Below are positions 21,166-30,200 of a stretch of DNA of 64,000 nt, piece after piece. Both the position numbers and the translations under genes were made by a program. The notes under the pieces were generated by a model. It searched no databases and was not told the origin of the DNA. It worked only from the letters and a program-made list of their open reading frames with translations. Source of the DNA: an uncultured Nitrososphaerota archaeon (GTDB taxonomy: Archaea > Thermoproteota > Nitrososphaeria > Nitrososphaerales > Gagatemarchaeaceae); NCBI GenBank assembly GCA_963806765.1, contig CAWDYS010000002.1, positions 566,318 to 630,317 on the forward strand, in the 5' to 3' direction. Numbering within the stretch: the stretch's first letter is position 1; each line of letters begins with the position of its first letter.

Positions 21166-21558
21166 CTAGGCTTTGTGCTCCTTCTCTTCTGCCTTCTCAG
21201 CATCCTTCTTGGTCTTGTGGATGGTTCCAGTCGGATGATTCGGCGGTGAGTAGACCGTGTAGAGTTTCGATTTGCCCCTCGAGACGTTAATCACATTGTG
21301 CCACGTCCCTGCCGGCACCACAACGGCATCGCCGTCTCTGGCGACGTACTGTCTCCTTCCCGTTGCCGAGGACGAACCTGAGCTTCCCCTTCTCTATCCG
21401 GAAGAACTGGTCACGTCCTCGTGCACTTCGTTGCCAATCTCCTCTCCCTCCCTGAGGCACATCACCACGAGTTGCGCGTACTTTCCGGTGTACAGGACCT
21501 GTCTGAAGTTCTTGTTCTTCAGCGTCTTCTTCTCAATCGACTCGAAGTAGCCTCCCAT
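21166..21558 (-). CDS. Cupin-domain protein, two frameshifts
   Basis: Hand translation: MGGYFESIEKKTLKNKNFRQVLYTGKYAQLVVMCLREGEEIGNEVHEDV / DQFFRIEKGKLRFVLGNGKE / ...DGDAVVVPAGTWHNVINVSRGKSKLYTVYSPPNHPTGTIHKTKKDAEKAEEKEHKA*. Confidence 0.7.
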
Positions 21559-21749
21559 GTCGCTTGCTCTGCTCCTCGAACGATGTCAAGGGACCTCACC
21601 TAAAAAGGAGACCTTCGTTGGATGAATCCGGGGGTCGGGACACCTATGGTGAAACCCGTGCGGCTCCAAGCCAAACCCTTCCTCTTCCAGTCTCGGCGAC
21701 CGGCGACGCACCAATCGATTGATATCTGCTGACTTCTTGGCCCGAAGCG

Positions 21750-23000
21750 ATGGCCTCAGACATCCCCCGGTTGACGAAGCCCAAGATTCTGATCGTCGGG
21801 GCTGGTTTTGGCGGCATGGGCACCGCCGTCCACCTGAAGAGAGACATCGCGGCGGAGGTCACACTCGTCAGCTACCGGAACTTCCACCTCTTTACACCCT
21901 TGCTGTACCAGACCTCGACGGGGCTGGTCGACATGGACCACCTGGCGCAGACGGTTCGGCCTCAGGCGAGGAAGCACGGGTTCAGCTTCCTTGAAGGGGA
22001 GGTCACCTCTGTCGACCTGGACGCGAGAAAGGTCCAGACCAGTTTCGGGGAGCTGGCATACGACTACCTGGTGCTGGCCGTCGGGTCCGTGAACAACGAT
22101 TTTGGGATAAAGGGGGCCGCGGAGAACACGCTCTCCCTCAAGACGATCAACGACGGGGAGCTGATGCACAACAGGATAGTCGGGTCCATGGAGAGGGCGG
22201 CCGTCGAAAAGGACGATGCGACCCGACGCGCCCTCGTCTCGTTCGTCGTCATCGGCGCCGGTCCGACGGGGGTAGAGCTGGCGGGGTCGATACGGGACTT
22301 CGTCAGGGTCATGGCCAAGGACTATCCCGACGTAAAGGAACATCCGAGGGTCACGATCGTAGAGGCTCTCCCCACCGTGCTGCCCGGCCAGTCGGAATAC
22401 GCCGTCCGGAAAGCGGCGGAGTCTCTTGCAAAGCGGGGCATCGAGGTCCGGACCTCATCGAAGGTGGTGGAGGTCAGCGAGCGGGGCGTCCTTCTCCAGG
22501 GCGGAGAGCTCATCGAGTCGGCGAACGTGTTCTGGACGGCCGGCGTCAAGCCGCCCAAGCTCATCGAGTCGCTGAAGGTCGACAAGGAGAGGGGGCGCGT
22601 GAAGGTGGACGACTTCCTCCGGGTCAGCGGACACCCAGAGGTCTTCGCAATGGGCGACTTTGTCCACTGCTTTGACGCGAGGATCGGAAAGAGGCTCCCG
22701 GAGAATGCGGCGGTCGCGTTCCAGCAGGGCAAGTGGCTCGCCAATGCGCTCCCAGAGCTGATCGCGGGCAGAAGCGTGCCACCGTTCGTCTTCCTAGACA
22801 GGGGCTTCATGCTGTCCCTCGGCCGGAACTCGGGGATCTCTGACCTCGGCTGGTTCAAGACATCGGGCTTCCTTGGCTGGCTGATCTGGAGGGTGGTGCA
22901 CCTTTCGCTGATCTCGACCCGCCGCAGCAGGCTCGGCGTGATCTTCGACTGGACCTTCGCCTACTTCAACACGCGCAACATCGCCCACACGGCGGCTTAG
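21750..23000 (+). CDS. ndh: Type II NADH dehydrogenase (NDH-2) / FAD-dependent pyridine nucleotide-disulfide oxidoreductase
   Basis: ILIVGAGFGG and VVIGAGPTGVELAG dinucleotide-binding motifs, GDF... near the C-terminus, 416 aa. Confidence 0.9.
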   Translation: MASDIPRLTKPKILIVGAGFGGMGTAVHLKRDIAAEVTLVSYRNFHLFTPLLYQTSTGLVDMDHLAQTVRPQARKHGFSFLEGEVTSVDLDARKVQTSFGELAYDYLVLAVGSVNNDFGIKGAAENTLSLKTINDGELMHNRIVGSMERAAVEKDDATRRALVSFVVIGAGPTGVELAGSIRDFVRVMAKDYPDVKEHPRVTIVEALPTVLPGQSEYAVRKAAESLAKRGIEVRTSSKVVEVSERGVLLQGGELIESANVFWTAGVKPPKLIESLKVDKERGRVKVDDFLRVSGHPEVFAMGDFVHCFDARIGKRLPENAAVAFQQGKWLANALPELIAGRSVPPFVFLDRGFMLSLGRNSGISDLGWFKTSGFLGWLIWRVVHLSLISTRRSRLGVIFDWTFAYFNTRNIAHTAA

Positions 23001-23350
23001 CGGTCAAGAGCGCCTAATCTGCTGAGGTCAGCTCTTCCTCGACCAACCCATTGACCGCGATTGTCGCCTATCGCTTGGTCTGTGTCGTCCAGCGCCAAGA
23101 TCTCCTCGCCGAATGTCTCCTGGCTTCGCTCCCAAGCTACCAGGGCGCGTCGCACGACGACTCTTCGAAGTTTCAGGATGATCTTGAGAAGCTCTTCTTG
23201 TGCTTCTTCGTCGCTCTTCCCGGCCAATTGTCCAGCACCCTGTCCGCCCTTGAAGCTATGTATGCTTCCCATTTTTCGGGGTCGCGGCTGAGTTCCCCTA
23301 TCTTCCTGAGGACATCGTCCGATTCTCCCATTCGAGTCACAGCCCAACAC
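22997..23350 (-). CDS. Hypothetical protein
   Basis: 117-aa ORF with no recognisable motif. A shorter start at about 23272 is possible. Confidence 0.3.
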   Translation of the reverse strand: MLGCDSNGRIGRCPQEDRGTQPRPRKMGSIHSFKGGQGAGQLAGKSDEEAQEELLKIILKLRRVVVRRALVAWERSQETFGEEILALDDTDQAIGDNRGQWVGRGRADLSRLGALDR

Positions 23351-23450
23351 TCGGTCGCGGAATATATGCGGTGCGCGGGCTCAGATGAGACGACCTAGGA
23401 CAGCCCACTGGGCCGGCCTGCTACTCGTCCATCGAGCTCCGCCGCGAGTC

Positions 23451-23763
23451 CTACCGCTTGCCTTCGAATCCCTCGATTGCAGCAGGGAGCGTGTCGAGCA
23501 CCGCCCCGAGCCCACAGACATGGAGGTTCAAGACCACAGCGCCGAGGACCTCATCCCTCGTCGCTCCCGCCTTCTTCGCCATCGAGGCATGATACCTCAC
23601 GCCCTTGAGACTGCGGTTCGCGGTCTGAATCCCGATGTTGATCGAGCTGCCTGGTCTTCGGGTCAAGTCCCTTCAGCGATCGCTGTGCCTCCAGGAGTTC
23701 TGTGTACTTCGAGGACAACTCTGGGAAGTCCTTGGCGAAGCGGTCCGATGAATACTGAGCCAT
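23451..23763 (-). CDS. Carboxymuconolactone decarboxylase (AhpD-like) family protein, one frameshift near 23650
   Basis: ORF 23551..23763 (MAQYSSDRFAKDFPELSSKYTELLEAQ...LDPKTRQL) joins ORF 23451..23666 (INIGIQTANRSLKGVRYHASMAKKAGATRDEVLGAV...). Confidence 0.75.
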
Positions 23764-23996
23764 GAGGAAGTTTCACAGCTGTTTCCATATAAGCGTGACT
23801 CGGAGCCGGATACCTTCCCGCGCACGGACTCCCACTCCTGCGAGCTCCACGCGCGGCGCAAGCCTCCGCTCTCCATTGACTGGGAACGAAGGGACTTCCG
23901 ACCTCGGGGGCGCTGCCTGCTCCTTGTCGACGACCTCGGCCGGGTTCGCCGGCTCCTGAGCTGACCCTTCCTCTCGAGACTCGACTCCTTGGTCCT

Positions 23997-24805
23997 CTAC
24001 GCCTTTCGCATGTAGGCCCGAAGGGTCAGCGGAGCGAATACGACCACGACCGCCGTCGACATTATGAGCGACAGCCAGAAGTCATTGCCGATGGTGCCCT
24101 GGTTGAAGAGCTGCCGGACTGCGCTCACGATGTAGGTCAGCGGGTTCACACTGACGAAGTCCTGCAGCAACCGGGGCAGGGTGCTGGTCGGCACGAAGGC
24201 GCCCGAGAGGAAGGTCAGAGGGAAGAGGATGGCCGTGGAGATCCCCTGGACCGTCTGCGCTGTCTTGAGGACGACGCCGAGCAGCGCGAATATCCAGCTG
24301 ATGCACCACGAGCAGAAGACGACCAGGACGCCGCCCAGGACAGCTCCCCCAGGCTAGCCCAGCGGAATCCCAGTACATAGCCCATGACGAAACAGAGACT
24401 CGTGGCGATTGTGTAGCGGACAACGTCGGCGAGCAGCGGGCCTGTTAGCGGGGCAATCCGGGCGATGGGCATCGACTTGAAACGATAGAACACCCCCTTG
24501 TCCATATCCTCGCGGAGCTGGACGCCCGTTGCTATGCAAGCCGTAAGAGCCGTCTGGGCTAGGATGCCAGGGATGATTATGGGCAGGTAGCCGCTCACGC
24601 TACCGGAGATAGCACCGCCGAAGAGATATACGAACATCAGCGTGAAAAGAATGGGCTGAATCGTAACGTCGAAGAGCTGCTGCGGCGTCCGGCGAATCAT
24701 GAGCAGGTTACGGTACGCCATCGTCAGCGAGTTGCTGATTGTCCTCCGCAGAGTCACGCTGTTCTTGAGCCTGCGCTGAGCGCCGGGGACTATCTGGGCG
24801 GTCAT
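23997..24805 (-). CDS. ABC-2 type exporter permease (DrrB-like), frame broken about 24200-24360
   Basis: MTAQIVPGAQRRLKNS...RNLLMIRRTPQQLFDVTIQPILFTLMFVYLFGG..., with the C-terminal part in ORF 23997..24194 (...VNPLTYIVSAVRQLF...). Confidence 0.8.
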
Positions 24806-25813
24806 GGCATGGCAGACTCCTTTCTCGGCCAGCTTGACATCGCCTGTCAGCGCTAGGAAGACTTCGTCGAGGGTCGGTTCCTCCATGCTCACGTTGGCGA
24901 GGTGAATCTTCGCCTGTCGCAGTGCAACGAGCAGGTCGGTTACCCGGTCGGGGTCTCCCATCGGTGCTGTGACGAGCGTGGGCTCGGGCGGGGAGGCTCT
25001 CACATTTAGCACCGTCTCGGTAATCCGAATAGCCTCGGCGGTGTCCTTGTCATCGGCGAGCTGTAGGTGCAGTGTCGCTTTTCCGACCGCGGCCTTCAGT
25101 TCACGGGAGGTACCCTCGGCCACCACGCGCCCGTGGTCAATCACGGCTATACGGTCAGCGAGGTGGTCGGCCTCATCAAGGTACTGCGTGGTCAGGAGGA
25201 TCGTCGACCCGGATGAGACGAGCCGTCGGATGGATTCCCACATCTGTATCCTCGTTCGCGGGTCGAGGCCGGATGTCGGCTCGTCCAGGAAGATGAGTGG
25301 TGCCTGAACGATGAGGCTGGAGGCGAGGTCGAGCCTACGCCGCATCCCGCCCGAGAACTTGTCGAGTGTCCTGTTGGCCGCGTCTGCGAGACCGAACTCC
25401 TGCAGAAGGTCCGCGGCCCTCTTTCTCGCTTCGGGCCTGCTGAGACCGAGCAGCAGCGCGAAGATCGTCAGGTTCTCGGATGCGGACAGCTTCTCATCGA
25501 CCGCGGCGCTCTGGCCTGTCACGCTGATGAGCTGACGAACGATCTGGGCCTCCCGCACGACGTCATGGCCGAACACCTTGGCGCTCCCGCCGTCCGGCTT
25601 GAGGAGCGTGTTCAGCATATTGATGATGGTCGTCTTGCCGGCACCGTTTGGCCCGAGCAGGGCATAGATGCAGCCGCTAGGTATCGACAGGTCCACTCCG
25701 TCGACGGCGCGGTTGTCCCCGAAGACCTTGACGAGCTTGTGGGCTTCGACCGCAAGGTTGTTCTGCTCGGCAATCGGAGTCCCGACCTGGATCTCTGACT
25801 GCTGCGCCATCAC
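24806..25813 (-). CDS. ABC exporter ATPase (DrrA-like)
   Basis: GPNGAGKTT, FSGGMRRRLDLA, LIFLDEPTSGLD. No stop separates it from the permease reading frame. Confidence 0.85.
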
Positions 25814-26304
25814 GGACCGCTCCCTGATTGCAACTCGTTCTTGAGGGCCTCCAGCCTCCTCGTCAGCTTCTCTATCCTGTCCCTGTGTTTCGGGAGGCCT
25901 GCCCTGCCGGTTCTCTGGAGGTCCTCGAGATACGAAGCGTTGCTCTCCATGGCGGAGAGGGCGCTCGCAACATCATCGCCGCTGGCTGACTGCTCCCCAT
26001 ATGAAGCGGTGAGCTCGAACTTCCCGTCCTTGTTCTTCGCTACCAGTCCCTCCTTCTCCAGCTGCTCGAGGAGGGGGTAGATCGAGCCGGGGCTCGGCCT
26101 GTACCAGCCGCGGCTCATCCCCTGCAGCTCGTTCATGATGTCCACCCCGTTCATCGGATGTCTTTCGAGGAGTTCGACTATCTGGGGCCGCAGGAAGCCG
26201 CGCTGTCCGAACTCGATTCGGCGGAAGTGCTCCATGCGGCGGAAGCCCGGATTCCCCCAAGGTCTGTGATGCCGTCTTTCTCCGTCCTGATCATCGTCGC
26301 TCAT
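25810..26304 (-). CDS. PadR-family transcriptional regulator
   Basis: MNGVDIMNELQGMSRGWYRPSPGSIYPLLEQLEKEGLV, plus a C-terminal coiled coil. First gene of the padR-ABC exporter operon. Confidence 0.85.
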   Translation of the reverse strand: MSDDDQDGERRHHRPWGNPGFRRMEHFRRIEFGQRGFLRPQIVELLERHPMNGVDIMNELQGMSRGWYRPSPGSIYPLLEQLEKEGLVAKNKDGKFELTASYGEQSASGDDVASALSAMESNASYLEDLQRTGRAGLPKHRDRIEKLTRRLEALKNELQSGSGP

Positions 26305-26328
26305 TGGTATGCCACTAACATCGTATAT

Positions 26329-26352
26329 GCGATATCGGCTACACGATATCGG
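26329..26352. promoter_or_regulatory. Putative PadR operator (two GATATC palindromes 14 nt apart)
   Basis: GCGATATCGGCTACACGATATCGG lies 25-48 nt upstream of the padR start at 26304. Confidence 0.4.
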
Positions 26353-26421
26353 GTATTAAAAGGTTGTGAAGATGGCCGCGAATGCGCCTGTATCCCACTG
26401 ACTGGCCTCGAACGGGGCGCC

Positions 26422-26439
26422 TTACTCCTTGTCGATGAA
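26422..26439 (-). repeat. R1: shortest, outermost copy of the aEF-2 3'-end repeat
   Basis: TTACTCCTTGTCGATGAA matches the genuine gene end at 35969-35986 (core ACTCCTTGTCGATGAA). Confidence 0.7.
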
Positions 26440-26513
26440 TTCCGCCGGGTTCCGCTCGTCCAGGGCTTCGAAGCAGAACGTTTTAGAGCTACGCCCACCT
26501 AGAATGCTTTGAC

Positions 26514-26918
26514 ATGTTGTCCAAGCCCGAAGCCGACTATCTCAAGACGCAGCGCCTTGCCAGGATTGCCACCGTTTCTCCTAAGGGTCAGCCCGAGGTC
26601 TCGCCGGTGGGCTTCGAGTGGGACGGGAAGTACTTCTACGTCGGGACTCATGATCCAGCCTTCTTCCCAAGCACGCAGAGGGTGAAGAACATCAGTCGTG
26701 GCAACAATCGCGTCTCCCTCGTTGTAGATGACCAAGTTTCGGTGAATCCATGGGTTGTGCGCGGGCTTAAGGTCCTCGGGGAGGCGGAGATTGTGGAGCA
26801 CAAGGGCATCTTCGGACCCGGGAAGTACCTCCGTATCTCCCCGCGGGTCTCCGTAAGCTGGGGAATCGAACCACAGAAGAAAGGCGAGTGGTCATCGTCC
26901 AGAAAGGTTCACGAATAG
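26514..26918 (+). CDS. PPOX-class (pyridoxamine 5'-phosphate oxidase family) probable F420-dependent oxidoreductase
   Basis: LARIATVSPKGQPEVSPVGFEWDGKYFYVGT...RVSLVVDD is the characteristic split-barrel pattern. Confidence 0.8.
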   Translation: MLSKPEADYLKTQRLARIATVSPKGQPEVSPVGFEWDGKYFYVGTHDPAFFPSTQRVKNISRGNNRVSLVVDDQVSVNPWVVRGLKVLGEAEIVEHKGIFGPGKYLRISPRVSVSWGIEPQKKGEWSSSRKVHE

Positions 26919-27037
26919 AGGGGCACATTCGACACCGTCCTTGAACATCGTCGCGTTACCTACTCTTGGCGTGGCTAATCGGGACTACAGGTCCTGTTCG
27001 CTGCCTTGGTTCCTCAAGTGGTCCTGGCCGGTTGAGC

Positions 27038-27075
27038 GAGCCACTGAGGGATTCGAACCCTCGGGTATCTGCCGA
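27038..27075 (-). other. tRNA 3'-half remnant (T-arm plus 3' acceptor strand), not a complete tRNA
   Basis: The minus strand reads ...UCGGCAGAUACCC GAGGG UUCGAAU CCCUC AGUGGCU C: a perfect 5-bp T-stem with the canonical TTCGAAT loop and a 7-nt acceptor strand. No matching 5' acceptor strand (AGCCACT) occurs upstream. Confidence 0.45.
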
Positions 27076-27105
27076 TACTCCTTGTCGATGAACTCTGACG
27101 GCGTC
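27076..27105 (-). repeat. R2: copy of the aEF-2 3'-end repeat
   Basis: TACTCCTTGTCGATGAACTCTGACGGCGTC is identical to 35969-35998. Abuts the tRNA remnant. Confidence 0.8.
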
Positions 27106-27118
27106 AGCAACTCCCGCG

Positions 27119-27367
27119 TCACTCGTACACAGAACCTCTGCTTGAGATCTTGAACACCAGAACGGTCTGGGCGTCGGCGATTGTGTAGAGAATCCGATAG
27201 CCGCCAACTCTGAGCCTGTATGAGTTTGGTATTCCTTTCAGCTTCTTGCAGCCCTGTGGATATGGGGATTCGGCGAGCTCAGATATCCTTGACTCGAGCC
27301 TGTCTCTCAAATCAGCTGGCGAGTAGTCCAGTGCTTTCCTGGCTCTGCTCGAAAGATAGACCTTCAA
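27119..27367 (-). CDS. relE: RelE/ParE-family type II toxin
   Basis: 82 aa; ...KKLKGIPNSYRLRVGGYRILYTIADAQTVLVFKISSRGSVYE matches the RelE/StbE signature. TTG start overlaps the antitoxin stop. Confidence 0.85.
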   Translation of the reverse strand: MKVYLSSRARKALDYSPADLRDRLESRISELAESPYPQGCKKLKGIPNSYRLRVGGYRILYTIADAQTVLVFKISSRGSVYE

Positions 27368-27534
27368 CCCTTGCGGGACCTGACGAATGGGACCAATCTT
27401 CCTTCCTTGTGCTCCCGAATCGCCTCGGTGAAGGCTCTCCTGTCCTCTTCCGAGGTCTCCTCAGAAAGCGCCTCCTCAATCGAATCCAGCCGTTTTCTGA
27501 TGAGCTTCAATTCCTTCTCGAGGCCCGTTTCCAT
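27364..27534 (-). CDS. Putative antitoxin of the relE module (56 aa)
   Basis: Hand-translated: METGLEKELKLIRKRLDSIEEALSEETSEEDRRAFTEAIREHKEGRLVPFVRSRKG*. Too short for the ORF track. Position and overlap are typical of a type II antitoxin. Confidence 0.6.
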   Translation of the reverse strand: METGLEKELKLIRKRLDSIEEALSEETSEEDRRAFTEAIREHKEGRLVPFVRSRKG

Positions 27535-27576
27535 CTTGTCCTCTCTTGACCCCTTGAAGTAATTAAACCCTGCTCG

Positions 27577-27590
27577 GCTTCGTACGAAGC
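27577..27590. promoter_or_regulatory. Perfect 14-nt palindrome upstream of the relBE-like operon
   Basis: GCTTCGTACGAAGC lies just beyond a TTTAATTAC TATA-like element (minus strand, about 27560-27568). Candidate autoregulation operator. Confidence 0.3.
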
Positions 27591-27660
27591 GGAGCCCTCA
27601 CGCCTGCTCGGGGCTACTCCTTGTCGATGAACTCTGACGGCGTGGGCGCCTCCGGAGATA
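27590..27660 (-). repeat. R3: longest copy (about 70 nt) of the aEF-2 3'-end repeat
   Basis: Aligns with 35944-36015 across the stop codon: about 25 nt of post-stop sequence plus about 45 nt of coding sequence (LSPEAP-PSEFIDKE*), with a 1-nt deletion and a few substitutions. Confidence 0.85.
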
Positions 27661-27823
27661 ATCACCCGCAACGACATCCTCAGCCTCTTCTGCATGTGCG
27701 ATGGGAACGACTTGGGCAATGGCCGGGCGAATCTAGCCATCGGTCTTCGTCACAGGGAGCACCTTTGCAGTGACAAATAACATAGGTCATTAACCCTTAT
27801 ATTGTGTCGAATGTGTCTAACGA

Positions 27824-29965
27824 ATGTTGCGTATCAGCTGGAAAGCTGGAACGAGGCGAGCCATCGGAAGGGGCGTCGTCGCAATTGTGATTATCGTCAT
27901 CTTGGTATTGGGCGGAACTGGCGCCTATCTTTTGACCGCGAGCCAAAAGTCGAGCAGCGGTACTAGCGGTAGCACCACTACCTCTTCGAACGGGGTGGTG
28001 CCAAAGTCAATCACGTACGAGACGGTGTCCACGATGCAGTACCTCGACCCTCAGGTCGCCTACGACATCTTCGGCGCATCGGTGGACCAGAACGTCTATG
28101 AGCCGCTCCTCTGGTTCAACGGGACCAACTCTCAGACACCGATTCCCTGGCTGGCGCAGACCTACACCGTCTCGTCCGACCAGAAGACAGTCACCATATC
28201 GCTGAAAAGCGGGATCCAGTTCGCCGACGGGGAAGTGCTCAACGCCTCCGACGTCTACTTCACCTACAACCGTCTCCTCATGATGGACGGAAGCGCGCCC
28301 GTGGGACACGGGACGCAGGCTTCCTGGATTCTCCAGCAGCTCCTGAATACGAGCCTGAGCAGCACCCTCTGCTGTAGCCAGACCTATGGACCGGGCTACG
28401 TCCAGAAGGTCTTGGCGGAGGACTTCGTGCAGGTCACCGGCACTCTGACGCTCGTGCTCCACATCATGGAGCCGAACAGCGCCCTCCCGTTCATGCTCGC
28501 CAACCAGTGGGCGTACATAGTCGCCCCAGACTTCACCATGCAGCACGACATCCAGCTGTGGAGCCAGTCGAGCACGGGCTACCAGCTGCCCTACCCGCAG
28601 CCGTCTGGGAACCTTACGCAGAAGATGACCCAGTACTTCGATGACTACCAAGCAACGTGCAACGCCGGGGCGACGTTGAAGGGTTGCGGCCTCACGTACC
28701 TCGATTCCTCGGTCCAGGGCTCGACGGCCGGCACCGGGCCGTACACGTTCGCGAGCGTGGACCAGGCAAACAACATCATAACGCTCCAGGCGAATCCCAA
28801 CTACTGGGGCGGACCCGGCGGGAACATCCACCCGCAAATCCAGCAGGTCGTTTACAAGTACGTGCCAGACCAGACCACGCGAGAGATCAACCTCCAAGAC
28901 GCCGCAGCGTCTGGACAGGCCATGGTGATCGATGTTGCACCCACCAACATCTACGACGTTGCGAACAGGTCGCTTTGGCTGAACAACAACCAGTCTCGTC
29001 TCCACTCAGAAGGGCGTGACCATCTACGGACCGTACAGCCAGTATGCGACGCTCTTCATCCCCCTCGACACGAACGTTACCAACCCCTTCACCGGTACGT
29101 TCTACACGTTCCAGCCCTTCGCAGACCTCAGGCTCAGGACGGCGCTCGCCGACTCTGTCAACCTGACGCAGATTAACCTGCAGCTCAACAACAAGCTCGG
29201 AAGCGTAGCCAATGAGGTCGTGCCTCCGGGGATACCTCCGAACGGGGCATACAGACTCAGCGATACAGCCCGCCTACAGCTGACAACCCTGACCAGGTCC
29301 AAAAGCTGCTGCTCGACGCGATGATGCACCCGCTCACCCACTTCACCTACGAGAACGGGACCGCTGCGCGTGCGGGCGTGTTCGACAACACGTTCGGTTG
29401 CGCGCAGCTCGCCGCGAACAACCAGTGCTCGCATCCGACCGCGCAGACCATCACCCTCACCTACGCGACGGGTGATACCGTGGATGAAGCGATACTCAAC
29501 CAGATGGCTGAGACGATGAACAACGTCAGCACCACTTACAACATGGGTCTGACCGTCCAGCTCGTCCCGCTGCCCCTGGGCCAGATGACCAGTGAGGCGT
29601 TCGCCGGGCAGGTCTACGCTTGGGCTGAGGCGCCCTTCGGTTGGTACGACGACTACCCGTGGTCGATGGACTTCCTCGGACCGATACTGTCGCCGGGCGG
29701 GATATACACAGCTCCCGGAGGGTGGAACCTGCCGCAGATGGGGACGTACTGGAGCGAAGCGCAGCAGGCGAACACCGTGGGGAACGTAGCAGGCGTGGTC
29801 ACCGCGACGAACGCGATGGCGGCGCTCGGCAACAAGGAGGTAATGGACATCTGGACGTTCTACCCGGCCATCTATATGGTGATGACTTCGAACGTTCACG
29901 GATTCTACTTCAATCCGGCAATCTACACGACCGGGGAGCCGCAGTACTTCGCATCTCTGTCATAG
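27824..29965 (+). CDS. ABC peptide/nickel (Opp/Dpp) family-5 substrate-binding protein, two frameshifts (about 29000, about 29300)
   Basis: N-terminal anchor helix and S/T linker, then the SBP_bac_5 pattern (YLDPQVAYD...YEPLLWFN...LKSGIQFADGEVLNASDV). Continues through ORFs 29016.. and 29321..29965. Confidence 0.85.
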
Positions 29966-30200
29966 GGGTTCGCCAGGGGAAGGGAATCGACGAACTGATT
30001 CTCTTCCCGTCAGTGGCGCGACGAACGCGTAACAACGGGACTGGGTCCGAATCGGGGGGCAGCGAGTGGCCTGACGCTTCCCGGCTTCCGACCAACGAAG
30101 ACAGCTCATTAGGGCCCGCCCATGCCGCGCCGCCCTCGCCACGGTTCATCCCTCCCGAGCCCGAGCACCACTTCCCAATCTTCCGCCGGAAGTGGGCTGA

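Noticed and set aside
26990-27120. Complete tRNA gene on the minus strand
   Set aside because: Only the T-arm and 3' acceptor strand are present. No complementary 5' acceptor strand, D-arm or anticodon arm could be found by eye.
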